From Moniliella sp. 'wahieum' (taxonomy: Eukaryota), in the NCBI GenBank assembly GCA_003971905.1, contig RSEE01000144.1, positions 62,001 to 126,000 of the forward strand: a stretch of 64,000 bases of DNA, in the 5' to 3' direction. The position numbers and the translations under genes are program-made. Below are positions 28,509 to 42,493 of this stretch, one piece after another (within the stretch, counting starts at the first letter, position 1; the number at the start of each line of letters is the position of its first letter). The notes beneath the pieces were generated by a model. It was not told where the DNA came from. It made no database searches and saw only the letters and a program-made list of their open reading frames with translations.

Positions 28509-31500
28509 ATGCCATCCCCGGCACCGCCCGCTCAGCTGGGCAACTTCGACCTCGTCACCCGCTTCTCCCTTCCGTACGCCACCACCATCACAATCGAGAA
28601 GTGGGTCTCGCGCCAGACCGGCCTCTCCATATTCTGGGCCGACTTCCCCAGTCCGCTCCTCGAGTGCTCCATTGTGCTCGCCACCGAGATCTTTAACGAC
28701 AGCGGCTGTCCTCACACCCTCGAGCATCTCGTCTTTCTCGGCAGTGAAAAATACCCTTACAAGGGGATCCTCGATACCCTCGCCAACCGTGCCTTTGCCA
28801 ATGGCACCAATGCTTGGACCGCTACCGACCACACCGCCTACAGCTTGACAACCGCCGGCTCGGACGGCTTCTTGCGCATGCTACCCATCTACTGTGACCA
28901 TGTCTTTTTCCCGACGCTCACCACCCAGGGCTTCATCACCGAGGTTTACCACGTCGATGGCCGTGCCAAGGAAGCCGGGGTCGTCTTCTCTGAGATGCAG
29001 GGCAGGGAGAATTCTTCGGGGGATCGGATGGACTTGGAGCGGAATCGGGTATTGTTTGCTCCCAATTCGGCGTATCGATCCGAGACGGGAGGGCTGATGA
29101 CCAATCTCCGCAAGCTAAACGTCGACACCATCCGTCAGTACCACAAGACATATTATGCTCCGCACAATGCTGCCATCGTTCTCGCCGGCCCGCTGGACCG
29201 AGAGGCATTGTTTGATCAACTGCGTGCCATCGATCAAAGTTTTGTCGGGCACAATATTTATTTCGGTCCCAAGGGCCCGCCGGGATGGAAGCGCCCGTTT
29301 GTAGAGTCTGTCTCGGCCCAGCCACCGGTCATCGTTCCTACGGCTGACAATCGCAAGGTGGTCGAGCTGCCGTTCCCTGACGAGGATGAGTCGATGGGTG
29401 AGGTGGACATTTCGTGGGTCACGCCTCGTGCGACGGATTGGTTGACAAACCAAGCGTTGGACTTGATTGGGGCCTATTTGAGTGACTCGGCCATTGCCCC
29501 TCTCACCAAGCATTTTGTTGAGAGACCCGACCCCAAGTTTTCCCCTCTCGTTTTATGACGAGGAATATGCTACCTGCACCTCCCTCTCCTGTTACCTCAA
29601 GTCGGTGGCCACCAAGGATTTGGCTACGATTGATGTTGAGCTGGTCGGCTTCCTGGCAGATTTGGCCAAGAAGGCTGACATCTCCCTCGAACGCATGCAT
29701 ACTGAGATCAAGCGTGAAAAGCTGCGCACACTTGAGCAGCTCGAATCGGCTCCCCAGAATTATCTCAACGACATGATCGTGCCCGATTTCTTGTATGGCG
29801 ACCGAGAGGGGAAGGACCTGGGCGAACTGGCGAATGTGGTTGCTCGCCTGGATATATTGGATCGCTGGACGGCTCAACAGTGGGCGGACTTGATCAAAAC
29901 CTACTTGGTTGACAACCCTCGACTAGTTGTGCTCGGCCGTCCCAGCGCCAAGATGGCGAGGGAGTTGCGAGCAGAGGGAAAACGGCTCTGGCCCAACGCA
30001 AACAAAAGTACGGCAAGGAGGGGCTACATCGTCTGGGCAAAGAGCTGGACGCCGCGCGGCGAGCCAATGATGCTCCGATCCCAGACAAAGTAATCACAGA
30101 CTTTAAAATCCCTAGTCCCTCGACGATCCATTGGATCCCAGTTGGCGTGGGACGTTCGCTGCCGACGCCAACCGTGTCAATTCCGGATCTTGGGGATGAT
30201 GTGACGTCGCTGGACACGGAGGTGCAGAATCACATTACCCACGACACGACCGACTTGCCCTTCTTCGTTCAGTTTGATCATGTCCAATCGGCCTTCCTGA
30301 CGATCACGCTCGTGTTTAACATGCACGACGTGCCGCCAGAGCTGTACCCCGTTCTGACCCTATTCAAATCCACCCTGTTCCTCTCCCTGTGGAGCGGCAG
30401 GATGGGACAGAGATTGTGATGAGCAAAGAGGAGGTGATTGAGCGGCTGAACATTGACACACTCGAGTATGGTGCCATGGAAGGCTCGCATGGCTTCCCTC
30501 CAGAAACGCTGGGAATCGAGATGCGCGCTGAGGCGAGCAAGTACCGGATCATGATTGCTTGGCTCCGGGATCTTCTGGCGGGGGGACAATTTGTACCGAA
30601 GAGCTGGAGATCTCGCTGCGGAAGCAGATCAAAGCTCTGCCCAGCGCCAAACGCGACGGGTCTCGTGTGGAAGCTGCAGTATTGACGAGATGACCCTCGA
30701 TCCGACTCGGTCGACTGTGGCGCAAAATGCGCTTTTTGCTCGGATGGTCAACCTGCCGGCCCAACTCGCGCTTCTTGCTCCGACTGAAGGTCAGGCTGCA
30801 CCGCAGCCAGAAAAGCTGGTGGATCAGCTGCACCAGTTACGCGCACATTTGCTCCAGCCGCGTAACTTGCGTGTCCATGTTGCCGGCAACATCTTGGCCC
30901 TGTCAGAGCCCAAGAAAGACTGGGCGGACGCACGTTTTGGCTTACCAGCATGGTGGGATACGCCCGGCACACTCGATTTGAATACCGCGCCCGTGGATTC
31001 GGTCAAGAATGTGCGGAGTGCGCTGGGCGCTGCGCCTGCGCGCCACGTGGTCGTCTGCTCCGTCCCGTCGATCGAGAGTTCGTACGCAACATTTGTAGCC
31101 AAAGGACCTACTAGCTTCCACGACCCCGATGTACCCGCGTTGACGGTGGCGGTGGCGGTGTTGAACGCACTCGAGGGCTTTCTGTGGCGGTTCATCCGCG
31201 GTGCTGGCTTAGCGTATGGTGCGTCGCTCGCGTTTGGTCCTAGCTCAGGGTACGTGCGTTTCACCCTTTCGCGCTCGCCGAATGCTGCGGATGCGTATCT
31301 GGAGGCGCGGCGATTGTTGCGCGCGCTGAGTGGTGACGCGTCGGCACTGCGTGAGGGGGAGCATCTGGCGATCGACGATAAGATGGTGCAATCAGCCAAG
31401 AGCAGTTTGGTGTGTGGAGTGGCAGAGGAGCAGGCCTCGGGGGCCGCGACGGCCGACAAGACGTTTGTGGAGACGGTCCTTCAAGGGACGGGAAAGAACT

Positions 31501-31822
31501 ACGGTCGTCGTCAGTTGGCCCGGATGGAGAGCGTGACGGTGGCGGAAGTACAGCAGGCGATTGCCAAGTACCTGGTGCCTCTCTTTGATCCAGCCCAGTC
31601 GTTGGCCTCGGTTGCTGCCGCACCCGATGTAGCGCACAAGATTGAGACGCAGTTGACCAAGGTGGGATACCAAGTATCCCGCCGTGAACTGGCTGCGGAC
31701 GAGAAGACCGAGGTGGATGACGAGGAAGAGGAGGAAGGGTCGAGCACCGACGAGAGCGAAGTCGAAGAGGAGGGGAGGAGGAGGAGGACACGGACATGGA
31801 CGAGTCGAAGGAATCGCACTAA
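28509..31822 (+). CDS. M16 (insulinase/pitrilysin-like) metallopeptidase, Sdd3/YOL098C-like
   Basis: Inverted zinc motif DSGCPHTLEHLVFLGSEKYPYKG, TNAWTATDHTAY, GVVFSEMQG, RSETGG, LWRFIRGAGLAYGA. Acidic C-tail. Frameshifts. Confidence 0.88.
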
Positions 31823-32502
31823 CGTCTTCCATTACCCATCAGCGCAGGAGGGGGCTCCTTATTCAGTCTCGCTACTAACGAATCTATGCTTGAACTACTT
31901 CAACGATGTCATGATGATGACAATGGCAGGTATACCTCAGGGGACACAATAGGGGACAGAGGTAGAGAGTCCATGCCAACCCGCTTTCGCGATGGTAAAA
32001 AAAGTAGGTGTATTGGCAAGGCTGGAGTGCGCCCGCCCCAAAGATGAAAAGTTCCTGAGGCACGGGGTGGATTATCGGTCGACTGACCTTCAATACTGCC
32101 GAACATGTCTCTATATTCTTTCGGCGTCGGCCTCAACTCGTGTCACGCGTCACGTGCAATTCGATGTGCTGCTGGCCCGTGCAGGGGTGCGAGCTGTGAA
32201 GCATGTCGCTTGCAGCGCCGGACACAAGCGTCTGGCCGGGGAGCAGCCTGCCGGCCAGGCCCACCCGCAACGGTGCAGGGTCGGCTGCAAGGGCGCAGTA
32301 GCGCACCCTCAAGCGTCGGCAGTAGGTGGCCGGGTGACATGTGGCAGCATATCATGTGCACGGGCCTGCGGCGTAGTGCGTGCGACCGGCTTGCCGCCGA
32401 CACCCCGAGGGTGTGGGTGTCTAGCACACTTCCCTCATGCCCGAACCCACCACCCCTCGATGTGAGACAGACTGAAACAGGGTATTTTTTTATTTTGGGT
32501 GT

Positions 32503-32545
32503 TGATGCATGATGCATGATGCATGCATGATGCATGATGCATGAT
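32503..32545 (+). repeat. Tandem (TGATGCA)n array, near-palindromic
   Basis: tgatgca tgatgca tgatgca tgca tgatgca tgatgca tgata. Confidence 0.9.
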
Positions 32546-32680
32546 ATGCTTTTCCACCCATGACGGGCTCCCGATCCAATCCAGTTAAATACCGCCGCCC
32601 CCTCTCTTCTCGCCCTCCTCATCACCACCACCATCCTCCATCTCCTCACCTACCCGCTATCCAGTCGCCTCACGACGATC

Positions 32681-34256
32681 ATGCCTGCATCAAGCAACGC
32701 AGCCCCGCCAGCGGCAGTGCGCCGTTCATTCCAGCGCCAATAAGCGCGCCGGGCCGATTGGAGGCCAATGATATCTTTGAATCCGACGTGTTTGACCGGC
32801 CGGCAAGCGAGTATGTACCCGTCTTCCTTTCGCTCACACTGGGCCACACAGCCATCCTAACACACGACGAACAGCTTCCGACGGTACATTCACACCCCCC
32901 TTACCAGCCCCCCCGCCGTGCCTGCTTTATCCAGCCCCAGGGCCAAGCGCCCGTTTTCGTTCCTGGGCGACGAGGATGAGGATGAGGACACGGGGCCTCG
33001 TACCCCCCGTCCTATCAAGAAGCTGCGCTCAAACCCGATCCCCAAACCTGAGCCCAATGGAAGTCGAAGCTCAAGGCACGTTGCGCCGCGAGCGGTGGAG
33101 GTGCCCGCGAACGATTTCTGTTTCCGCCACGTACCAACAGGAGCATGATCAGAGGACTCGGGCGCAGCGGAAGAGTACCGCCATGTTCAATGCCGACCTT
33201 GACGTGATCCCGACGGTTTGAAGAAAATCCAAAAGTTTGGAGCCAAAGAATGGGACGACAACACCGCCTCCTCCTCCGAATCTTCAGACGAGGGGTGGGA
33301 CGGGGAAGTGAGTGAGGAATACTCTGAGCCCGATGAGTCTTCCGTGCAGGACCTGATCAACATGGGGGCGCCACGCCCATTTGGTCTGAACGACGATTTC
33401 TTCCGTCCCACCGAGTCCGAGGAAGAGGACGAGGCGGACACAACCAACAGTGGACCACCAAGCCCACACCTTGAGTCCCATTTGTTTTTCCCACCCTCCC
33501 CCATTGGCCGAAGAGGATGAGGTGAACGGAGCTGCATCGGCAAGCAACACGGCAAGCAACGACGACCCTCCGAGTCCTACGCTTCCGCGTATGGCCCCCG
33601 ACAACTGGGAGGGCAGCGGGGAGACTGATTCGTATGAAGAAGACGAAAGTGATGTGCGCCTCTTCCCTCACCCTGATCCCCTTCGACCCTTCGCCCCAGG
33701 CTGTGCACGGACGAACGGCGACAGGTTCCGTCCCTTCTGGTACGGCACCCTTCTTTCTTCCCAATTCACACTGCAGGAGTTTGCAGCGCAGCAAGTGGGA
33801 GGCCCATCGCTCCACCATCTGTCCAAGAAGCAGCAAAGGAAATTTTTCAACGGCCGGGAATGGAACCGCCACCAAGTATTGAAACCGAAGATTGCAGCTG
33901 CCTTGGAGAAGGACCAGCGAAGCGTGGTCCTGTGGCGCGTGGAGGCGAGGCCGTTGAAAAGGCCATGCGAGCCAGCACACCTTGTCGAGGCCAAGATGCT
34001 CACTGAGTTTGTCTGCTGTGTTACGTGGCCAATGCCCCATAACACGCAAGCCGGGGTGCTGGGCATCGAGCTGGTTCCGGTGGATAACACGGGCCGGTAC
34101 TGGCCCCCTTGGATGACCAAGGTGATGGGGGTGGATGCACATTACTTGGCCAACCTGGAGCCTGGCCTCCACCTCTTTGTCGTGGCCCTGATCGACGTGC
34201 CTACTTTCTTCCCATCTGAGCAAAAACGGCGGAAGAGCACTCAACAATCTGCGTAG
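32681..34256 (+). CDS. Hypothetical protein: acidic/disordered N-terminal half plus a compact C-terminal domain
   Basis: TAAATA near 32587, C-rich leader, intron about 32811-32874 (GTATGT...CTAAC...CAG). Overlapping coding-like ORFs end at TAG 34254-34256. No family recognised. Confidence 0.5.
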
Positions 34257-37176
34257 TGCAAGTGCCTTGCTTTATACTTTTCCCCTTTCTGATGACCCCC
34301 CGATGGCTCCAATGTCACTTATCCTCCGTCTCCCCAATTGTGGTTGAGACCCCCCCATCCCTTCCCATCATATGGATGTACACCACCCTTCCGTGTCCCG
34401 TTCGAGAATCATATCGCGGTTTGCCTTGTACGATTGGTCCACAATTCTAAAGATATAGCAGAGTAGATATAGGAAAGAGACCGATGAACTCTCGCCGTCA
34501 GTAGAAAAAGGTAGCCCGACTCCATCCCCATCTCCATGGGTTAACGTGCTGTCGTCCGCGAACGCATCCAAAAGTTCTTGAAAAAGGACACACCGATTAA
34601 CATATCTTTTGGGGTATATGGCCAACAAGTTCTTGCTCACTTCCTCCTCAATCAGTTACATTCGGCGACCTTTGATAGTATGCGGCATTACTTGCACAGC
34701 TCATCACTTTTGTCTGCACAGTATAGTAGTACAACGGGAATGTACATGTCGGATCACCTTTCGCCTCTCGCCACCCGCCCAACACCAATTCTGCGGGCAG
34801 CCCTAGAGATGCCCGGTGCCGGGCACCCTATCGCAGAAGCTCTTCCTCCACCTTTGACACCTGCCAGAGGACACCATTCAAATAGTAGGAAGTAGCACAC
34901 CGGAATATTACTCCCGTCGAGCCCACAGCTCGCCGGCAGTATGTTTATACCGGAGTCATATCATTTACAACACTTAAGGCTGGGACAAGGAAATGCTGCA
35001 CCTACATCGACCTGCTCATCCGGCGAGTGCTGCGGGTTGGCCCCGAACCCGTTTAAGAAAGCAGGTAAGATGCCAGCAGGTCAAGACCCTCTTGCGTCGG
35101 CCCTTCGCGTCCAAATCGGAGGTAGCGCACGTGGATACGAAAGAGCATGGTACACCTCCAGTGGCCAACCATCTCAACTCACCACTTTTCATTCATGCCA
35201 GCACCCATCGTGCTGGCCGTCTTATAGTGGCACAGTATCCTCGTGTCGTCATAACTTGGCGCAGTCTCTTTGTTCCGACAGTCGAAGCAGTTCCCTCTAC
35301 CGGCGTTCCAAAGGTGTTGCAGTTCGCTCGTGCACCGCCATCTAGGCTCGATGCGGAGGTGGATGTTAGGGATGGAGTGCACGGGCTGCAGGATGGGCTC
35401 CCACACCGACTTGTGCAATGCACCACACTTGGACTGGGTGCGGATGCAAGCCATGATTTGCTCAGGAGAAAACATGGCACACCGCACTTGCACATGCTGC
35501 GCGTGGAAGGCTCAAGATGCGGAGCTGGAGATCAATCTGAACCGTTGAGCATATTGGGCTGTTCCTTACGGCTCTTCTCCCACACATAATCCTCCCCTCC
35601 CACGCAAGTACCAGGCCGGTTGCCGTTCGACGCACTTGCGAAGGCGGAGTGCGAGGCCTGGCGCGTGTGCCACTCGCTCGAACGATGCAGGTGGCACACG
35701 GCAGGTAAGTCAGCTGCACTTGTCACAGGCAATCATGAGGCGGATCACAACTTGAAGCAGGGCCGTGGCAGATGCACTTTTGGTGGGCAGGCCCGCCCCA
35801 ATAACGCCAGATCTGCCAAGATCAGAGAGGGCAAAAGTCAAGTTGGTCCAACTCCACCTCGAAACGAGTATTGTCCGGCGGACCTCTTGTTGTTTGTTGG
35901 AGGGGAGTGCTATAAGGGGTTTCCCTGCCCGGTCCTCAGGTGGCTCGGCGACGCTCGTTGGCCGGGCAACCCCAGTGTGCTCGTTCCGTTCCCTCTGTCC
36001 CCTGTCTCCTCTTCCTTTTAGCCGTTTCTTGCAGACTGTGATCTTGATGGGTCACGCGTCACGCCTGATCTCTTTGCGGATGATCGGCAGGCCATAGGAT
36101 CCCCGCGTGCTCCAGCAATACATTGTGGCGGAGCGACACGTGAAGGCAAGCGGATTGATATTGATGCATGATGCTAGTCAAGCGAGAGGCTGTGGTGTGA
36201 AAGCGGTTATGAAATTTGAACGCCACTTGGCTAGTCGCGGTAATAGCAGCAGCACAGGGTCCGCATCATTCGTCGGTTCTCTCGACCACCGATCGCCAAT
36301 AATAATCGATCGCTGATGGCCCAATCGCTGTGGGGTTGGGGCACCAGGGCGCGCGAGCGGGGATACGCGGAGATGGGGGTGCCGTGGAGCTGCGCAGCAA
36401 GATAGGACAGCCGCCAGCAGGCCACGCTGTGGCCACACGAAACTGGCCAGGCGGTCCGGGAAAGCGGGCGGAGGGAGACACATGCTCTGGACTACCCGTC
36501 TATCGGCCAAGGGAGGCCGTGTGCTGTGGGGCGGAGGATCATCGATGCTGAATGATTAATGACGGTGGCGGGCGGAGGCCGGACTGAGGAGGCAGGATGG
36601 GGCAGCAGGTGGCGAGGCAGGCCCTTCAAGCTTCAAGCGTCATTCAGTGGCCATATTGCGCTCTCCACACTCGCCTCCTGCCAGCCTCCGCAGGCTGTAG
36701 GGACCCCTCCAGTGTCGCCGCCGTTTTCACAACCACGCCGTTGGCTGAGGCTGAGTGGCCTCGCGACGCGTGATGCCCACGGCCCAAGGCCTACGGCATC
36801 CCTTCTATCTTCGCCACCGGCCACTGGTAGCCACTGCCAATGACGTTACTGAGCACTGGCCAGTCTGAAAGCCCACTCGGCTGTGAGTGTACTGAGAACA
36901 CACCCATCACCCATCATGCATCATGCATCACCCCCACAGTGTGAGATGTGGGATTCCGCCCGGCCAACACTGCCCCCGCGCCCGCAGCCCCCCCGCTGCG
37001 GTCTGTCAGGAAAACTCGAATTGCGGGGCGCCAGGTGCAGCAAGCCACAGCAGCCGATAGCCCAGTTCCCCACACACGCCTCCGCCCTTTAGACCGCACA
37101 TCCCAGCCGGGCTTCCTCCCCCCCCACCTCTCTTCCCCCCCCCCACCACCCCGCCCCGTTGCTGCCGCCTCCCGCC

Positions 37177-40100
37177 ATGTCTGCCGCCGAGATCCCGATG
37201 GCCCCGTGCCCATCGCCGACGGGTACGCGGGCAACCTCACCCCCCCCAAACCCAGAAGCTGCGTGAATTCTGGGCGGGCTACTTCGACTGGGTAGCCAAC
37301 GCCACTGGCACCGGCGCCAGTCAACCTGCCGTCTCCACAGCCGCCTCGTCCGATCCCTCAAGTGCCCCCAAGGGCGATGCGGCCAAGGATGCCGCCCACA
37401 TCCAGCAGGAGCAGGCCAACCTGCGCGCCTCCTCGACTCGTACGGCCCCGACTCGCTCAAGAGAGCCATGTGGGAGTTCATCAAGATGGACAATCCAGAC
37501 AGCATCTGCCTTCGTTTCCTCCGCGCCCGTAAATGGGACGTCCCTCGTGCGCTTGGCATGTTTGCCGGCTGCCTCAAATGGCGCCTTGACAATGGCGTCC
37601 AAGACCTGGTCGAGGGAGGGGACTTGACCAACGTGCTAGAATCGAAAAGTTCCTTGACCAGCAACGTTCGGGCAAGACGTATGCCAACGGTGCCACGGGC
37701 GGTGACAATGTTGCGCCGATCCCAGTCTGTTATATCCATGTTAAGAAGCACTTCACCAATGGTCAGCCCAGCTCCTCCATGGAAAAGTACGTCATTTATG
37801 CCATGGAAAGTTTCCGATGCCTCATGGTGCCTCCGGGCGACAAGGCCATCATCTTTTTCGACTTGACGTCCTTTGGAGTCAAAACATGGATGGTCTTGCA
37901 TTTTGTTTATTGTCAAGTGTCTCGAGGCATACTACCCTGAATCCTTGTCGGTTCTCTATGGCACAATGCACCTGGGTCTTTTCTGGCATTTGGAAGGTAC
38001 TCAGCCCCATGCTTGATCCTGTCGTACGCTCCAAGATTCAGTTCACCAAGTCGGCCAAGGATGTCACTGCCACCGTTCCCGCCGACCACATGATCGCCCA
38101 ACTCGGGGGCAACAACACCAACGAGTTCAAATTCATCGAACCTCGTCCGGACGAAAATGACAAGCAGAAGGACACGACGATCAAACCTGCGCTCCTTCGG
38201 CGCTATCATGACCTGGCCGATGCGTATGAGGCTGCCACCAAACGTTGGATCGAGACCAACGGTAAAGAGTACGTTTCTTTTTACTAGCAATATTGCCCTC
38301 TCTGGCCTTACGCTTTTGACTGACCTTTCTTTTCCCCATCAGCCCTTCGATTGAGGAAGAACGTACCCTACTGTTCAAAAAGCTCCGGGTGGCCCAGTTT
38401 GACGTCGAACCCTACACCCGTGGCTTGACGGTCTACCACCGCTCGGGCATCATGATGGTCAAGGTATTGCCGATGGACGTACACGGGCAATGGGCAGACC
38501 AAGCAGCATGTCATTGGCCGGACTTCGTGTGCTGCTGTGTTCCGTCGCGAGATTTACGAGATGGAAGTGATGGGAAAATCGTCTACCCAGGTTGGGGCCG
38601 AATCGGAGGCAGCAGCCGCGCGACGCGACTGGGTCGCCCTCTACGGTGATCCTCAGGTGGCTGCCCAAATCGAAGGGAACGCTGAGGTTCGCGGCTCAAA
38701 GGGTGTCCTGACGGGGGTCGACTATGACTTTACCGCTCCCCCCGGGGCGCCGCAGCAAGTTGCGCAGTCTCAACCCCAGAGCAAAACGCGCAAGGGGGCC
38801 GCCACAAACATCGCACAGCTGAACAGGCCACTGCTGCGGCTGGATTGGCTGGTGTGGGTGCCGCAGAGGCCGGTCTCAAAGTCATGAGGATCCCTACTCC
38901 CAAAATGGTCACGAGCAAGAGGAACAAGAGGTGCAAGAGCAACCCTCAGCTGACTCGCAGGTTCGCCGTTGGCAACCAGGGAAGTACAAGTACATTGAAC
39001 TTGGTGGGCCCTCGGCGAGAGAAATCGAGTCCAAAGCGTTTGATTTGCCCGAAGGCACGGCCAAAACCCTACTCCCGAACAACAAGTGAAGCTCCGTGAG
39101 ATGTGGTCGGTCTACTTTTCGTGGTTGAACCAGGCCAGTGGGCACCAACAAGCAGGAAGTCATCATCATAAGCACATGGTCGACCTGCTTCTGAGCCGGA
39201 TCCTTCAAAGAAGGCCAAGTCGGACGCTGACAAGGAGCGCAGCGAATTGCCGAGGAGCAAGCTCAGTTGAACCAACTATTGAGTATGTATGGTGGAGACA
39301 CGCTAAAGAAGGCTCTCTGGCAGTTCTTCGACTTTGATGACCCGGACGGCTCTCTGCTGCGTTCCTTCGAGCACGGAAGTGGGAGTATCCCGCGCCATGA
39401 ACATGTGTGGCGCCACACTCAACTGGCGGATGGAGAATAATGTCGAGCAATTGATCGCCGCCGGAGAATTGGGCAACGGAAAGACGATCCCAAGTTCCTG
39501 GACCAGCAGCGAGAGAACAAGACATTTGCATGCGGCACGGCCCTAAACGAGCAGCCCATTTGCGCTTCCTTGTCAAGAAGCATCTCACCAATGGTCAGCC
39601 AGGCACATCGATGGAGAGTTTGTCATCTTTGCCATGGAGTCGTTCCGGATGTTGATGCAGCCGCCGCAAGAGAAGGTCGTGATCATTTTCTCGCTCGAGG
39701 GCTTTGGAATCAAAAAGTAAGTTGGTGCTCGATCCCTGCAAACCTGATGTTTCCCCCCCTTTCCACACCAGAGAAGAGAGACTAACCTATCGTTCCGCTA
39801 CCCAGCAGGATTGGAATTGTGTCCTCTTTATCGTCAAGTGTCTCGAGGCTTTCTATCCCGAGTCGCTTGGTGTCATCTACCTCTATGCTGCGCCCTGGAT
39901 TTTCTCCGGTATCTGGAAGGTACTCTCACCGCTGCTGGATCCCGTGGTGCGCTCCAAGATTGTGTTGTCAAAACCGCCCGCGACTTTGGCGACCGTATCC
40001 TCCCGAGCGCCTGATTGAGGAAGTGGGTGGCCAGGCAGTCGACTCTTTCCGTTTCCTTGAGCCTGTCGAGGAGAGAACGATGCGCAGCGCAACATGGCGG

Positions 40101-41759
40101 AGAAGAACAAGTTTGTCAATGCCTACTGGAGTTGGCAGATGAGTTGAGGATGTGACTCGCCGCTGGATTGCGTCGAATGGGCAAGATGCGGCGGTGACAA
40201 CGGAGCGTGCGCTGCTCAAGCGCAAGTTGCGCGTAGCTGCGTTTGACAAGATGCCCTATGTGCGAGGCAAGACGATCTACCACCGCCAAGGTACCCTCGA
40301 CGGTATGGGACGGGTGACGTGGGTGTACAAGACCAAGGATGGCCAACTACTGCGCCATGTGATTGGTCGGCGCGACCACTATGCCACTTTGTTGCGTGAG
40401 ATCAACGAGATTGAGGCCGGTGTCGGTGGCCGCGGTGGAGGCCAAACCGAGGATGCCATTGCTCGCCGCGATTGGCTGACGCTCTATGGCGACGGTACGT
40501 GCCCATGAGATTGAGGGTGTACCGCTGGACCGTGCCGCTGCCGCTGCCCAGCCGGCCGCAGAGGGGACTGCAACGCACAAGAAGAAGCACCGCGCCGGCA
40601 AGCACCACCGCCATGGCACGGCGACAGGCGCCGCTGCCGCCGCAGGGGCTGCGGCCGGTGCCAGGCTATGCAGCCGCCCACTCATACGAGAACGGCAATG
40701 GCAACGCCTATGCGGAGAAGCCGGAAGGATGGATGGACGATCTGGATGCTCGTTCGGGCTCCATTTCGCCGTTGCCCGGCGATCGTCTGGCACCGCGCCC
40801 TCGGAGCCGGCTTGGACCGACCGTTCCTCCCTCCTCCCTCCAAGGCCCGTTCAGCGCTGCCAAGGCCCGTTCGACCCCCGTCATGAATGCCAAACCTGCC
40901 GTTCCTGCCGCAGGCGGAATGGGTCGCTTTTCCACGCACAATACCGAGGATGGTTACTCGTCGGCGGAAGATTTGTTCTTTGACACGACTGAGGCGCATG
41001 CAAGGACTTGGCCAATGCACGTGTGTATGTGCCCCCCGGCCACCTACCGTCTCGAGCCAAGACAAGGATAAGCCGGCGCGGCGCAGCCACCGCGACCGTC
41101 GCAGCCGTCGTCTGGGGCGTCGGGGCCTTTGCTGACGATGTGGCGGCCGCGCCACGGGATGAGCCAAGCCGCCGAGCTTCCGTCACTACTATGCCCTCTC
41201 GTACTCGTTCGGGTTCAGCGGATGGGCGATCGGGCGATGCACGCTCAATTGGTGGTCGTCGGGTCGTTCAGGTCGCTCGGGTCGCTCTACGGGAGGTCGT
41301 TCAACGAGCGAAGCCCGTGCTGCTGGTTATGAGCGCCCCGCACCAGGCATGAGTTCCCCGGTGCCCCTTCGTATGGAGGGTACGAGGGGTACGACGATGG
41401 CTACGACACGAGGCGTCGGTCCTACTCGGGGCGTTCGCGCATGATGTCAGCGTCGACCAACTCGGCGGTGCAGCTGTACGGCGGATCGTACCACTATGCG
41501 CCCGGCTCGTATGGGCGTCGTCATTCGGATGCAAGGGACGAAGATCTGGCGTTGCTCTACCCAGAATCTGCCCAGCCGCAGTCCCAGCCGAGGCGCAAAC
41601 GCAGTGGCTCGCTTCGCAAGGCAGCTTCCATCTGCCGTCCACGTCGCGCAGCGCCTCCACTTTGGCTCTGGGCAGCTACGACGACTCGAACCCCGCCCGG
41701 AGCGTCGCCAGAGGAAGCCGTCGTTGCGTCGGCGTCTGTCGGGGGTGTTCAAGGCCTGA
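37177..41759 (+). CDS. Sec14/CRAL-TRIO lipid-transfer protein (Csr1/Sfh2-like) with two tandem CRAL-TRIO units and a long disordered tail
   Basis: Unit 1: DNPDSICLRFLRARKWDV, VKCLEAYYPESL, IWKVLSPMLDPVVRSKI. Unit 2: DDPDGSL, VKCLEAFYPESL, IWKVLSPLLDPVVRSKI. Introns 38269-38342 and 39717-39805. Many indels, 3' end approximate. Confidence 0.8.
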
Positions 41760-42493
41760 TGCGCCTCACGGTTCAGTTGCATGCAACTGCATCTCGACAG
41801 ATTTTGTGAATGGTCTCAACATGCCCTGGCTTATGGGCTGTATGGTTAAGACGTGACATCCTTCCTACCCACGCACTTTACTTTTCAACGCTAGCTCCCC
41901 ACCTTGCTCCAGCTTATCCTTCATTTGCCTGCTACTTCTTCTTCTTTTGGATCGTTTAAACTGCCTCCTACGTTTCCTCGCCTGCGCCCCACCACCCTTT
42001 TAACACCAAAACGAGAATTTCCTCCCTGCAACCGATAATTCCCGCTTGACCGTTTCCTCTCGCTCTTAAGATCCCCGCTTTTTACCCAGTACCTATATAC
42101 TGCTCCCCTGCTAAATCGTTATCAACCCCTATGATGATAATGCTCCAACCAATTTGCTCCAAGAACCAACGAACGTTGAAACAGGCTTCACAGATAGGCC
42201 TCGGTATAGAGCATGAGCAGCGGAATGCTTCTTCTCGCACTGGTGCCATAATAAGAAGGACCGTGTGAACATGATGTCGTGTGGCTCCTATACGAGATGG
42301 GTGTGGTTTTACAGCCAAGAGGATCTGGCTGGCGACGGGTTTACTCGCGTCCAATAGAGACTACGCTGCAAATGGTTTGCTCGTATGGCCGACCAACACC
42401 ACAGCTAGCGTTCCACGTTCGCATACGTTCACGACCGACCAAGATGGCGTGCTATCTCCTCCATACGAGACAGAATCGAGAAAGAGATCAGTA

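Noticed and set aside
32503..32545. CRISPR-like or transposon terminal repeat
   Set aside because: This is a simple 7-bp tandem array without spacers, cas genes, target-site duplication or transposase.
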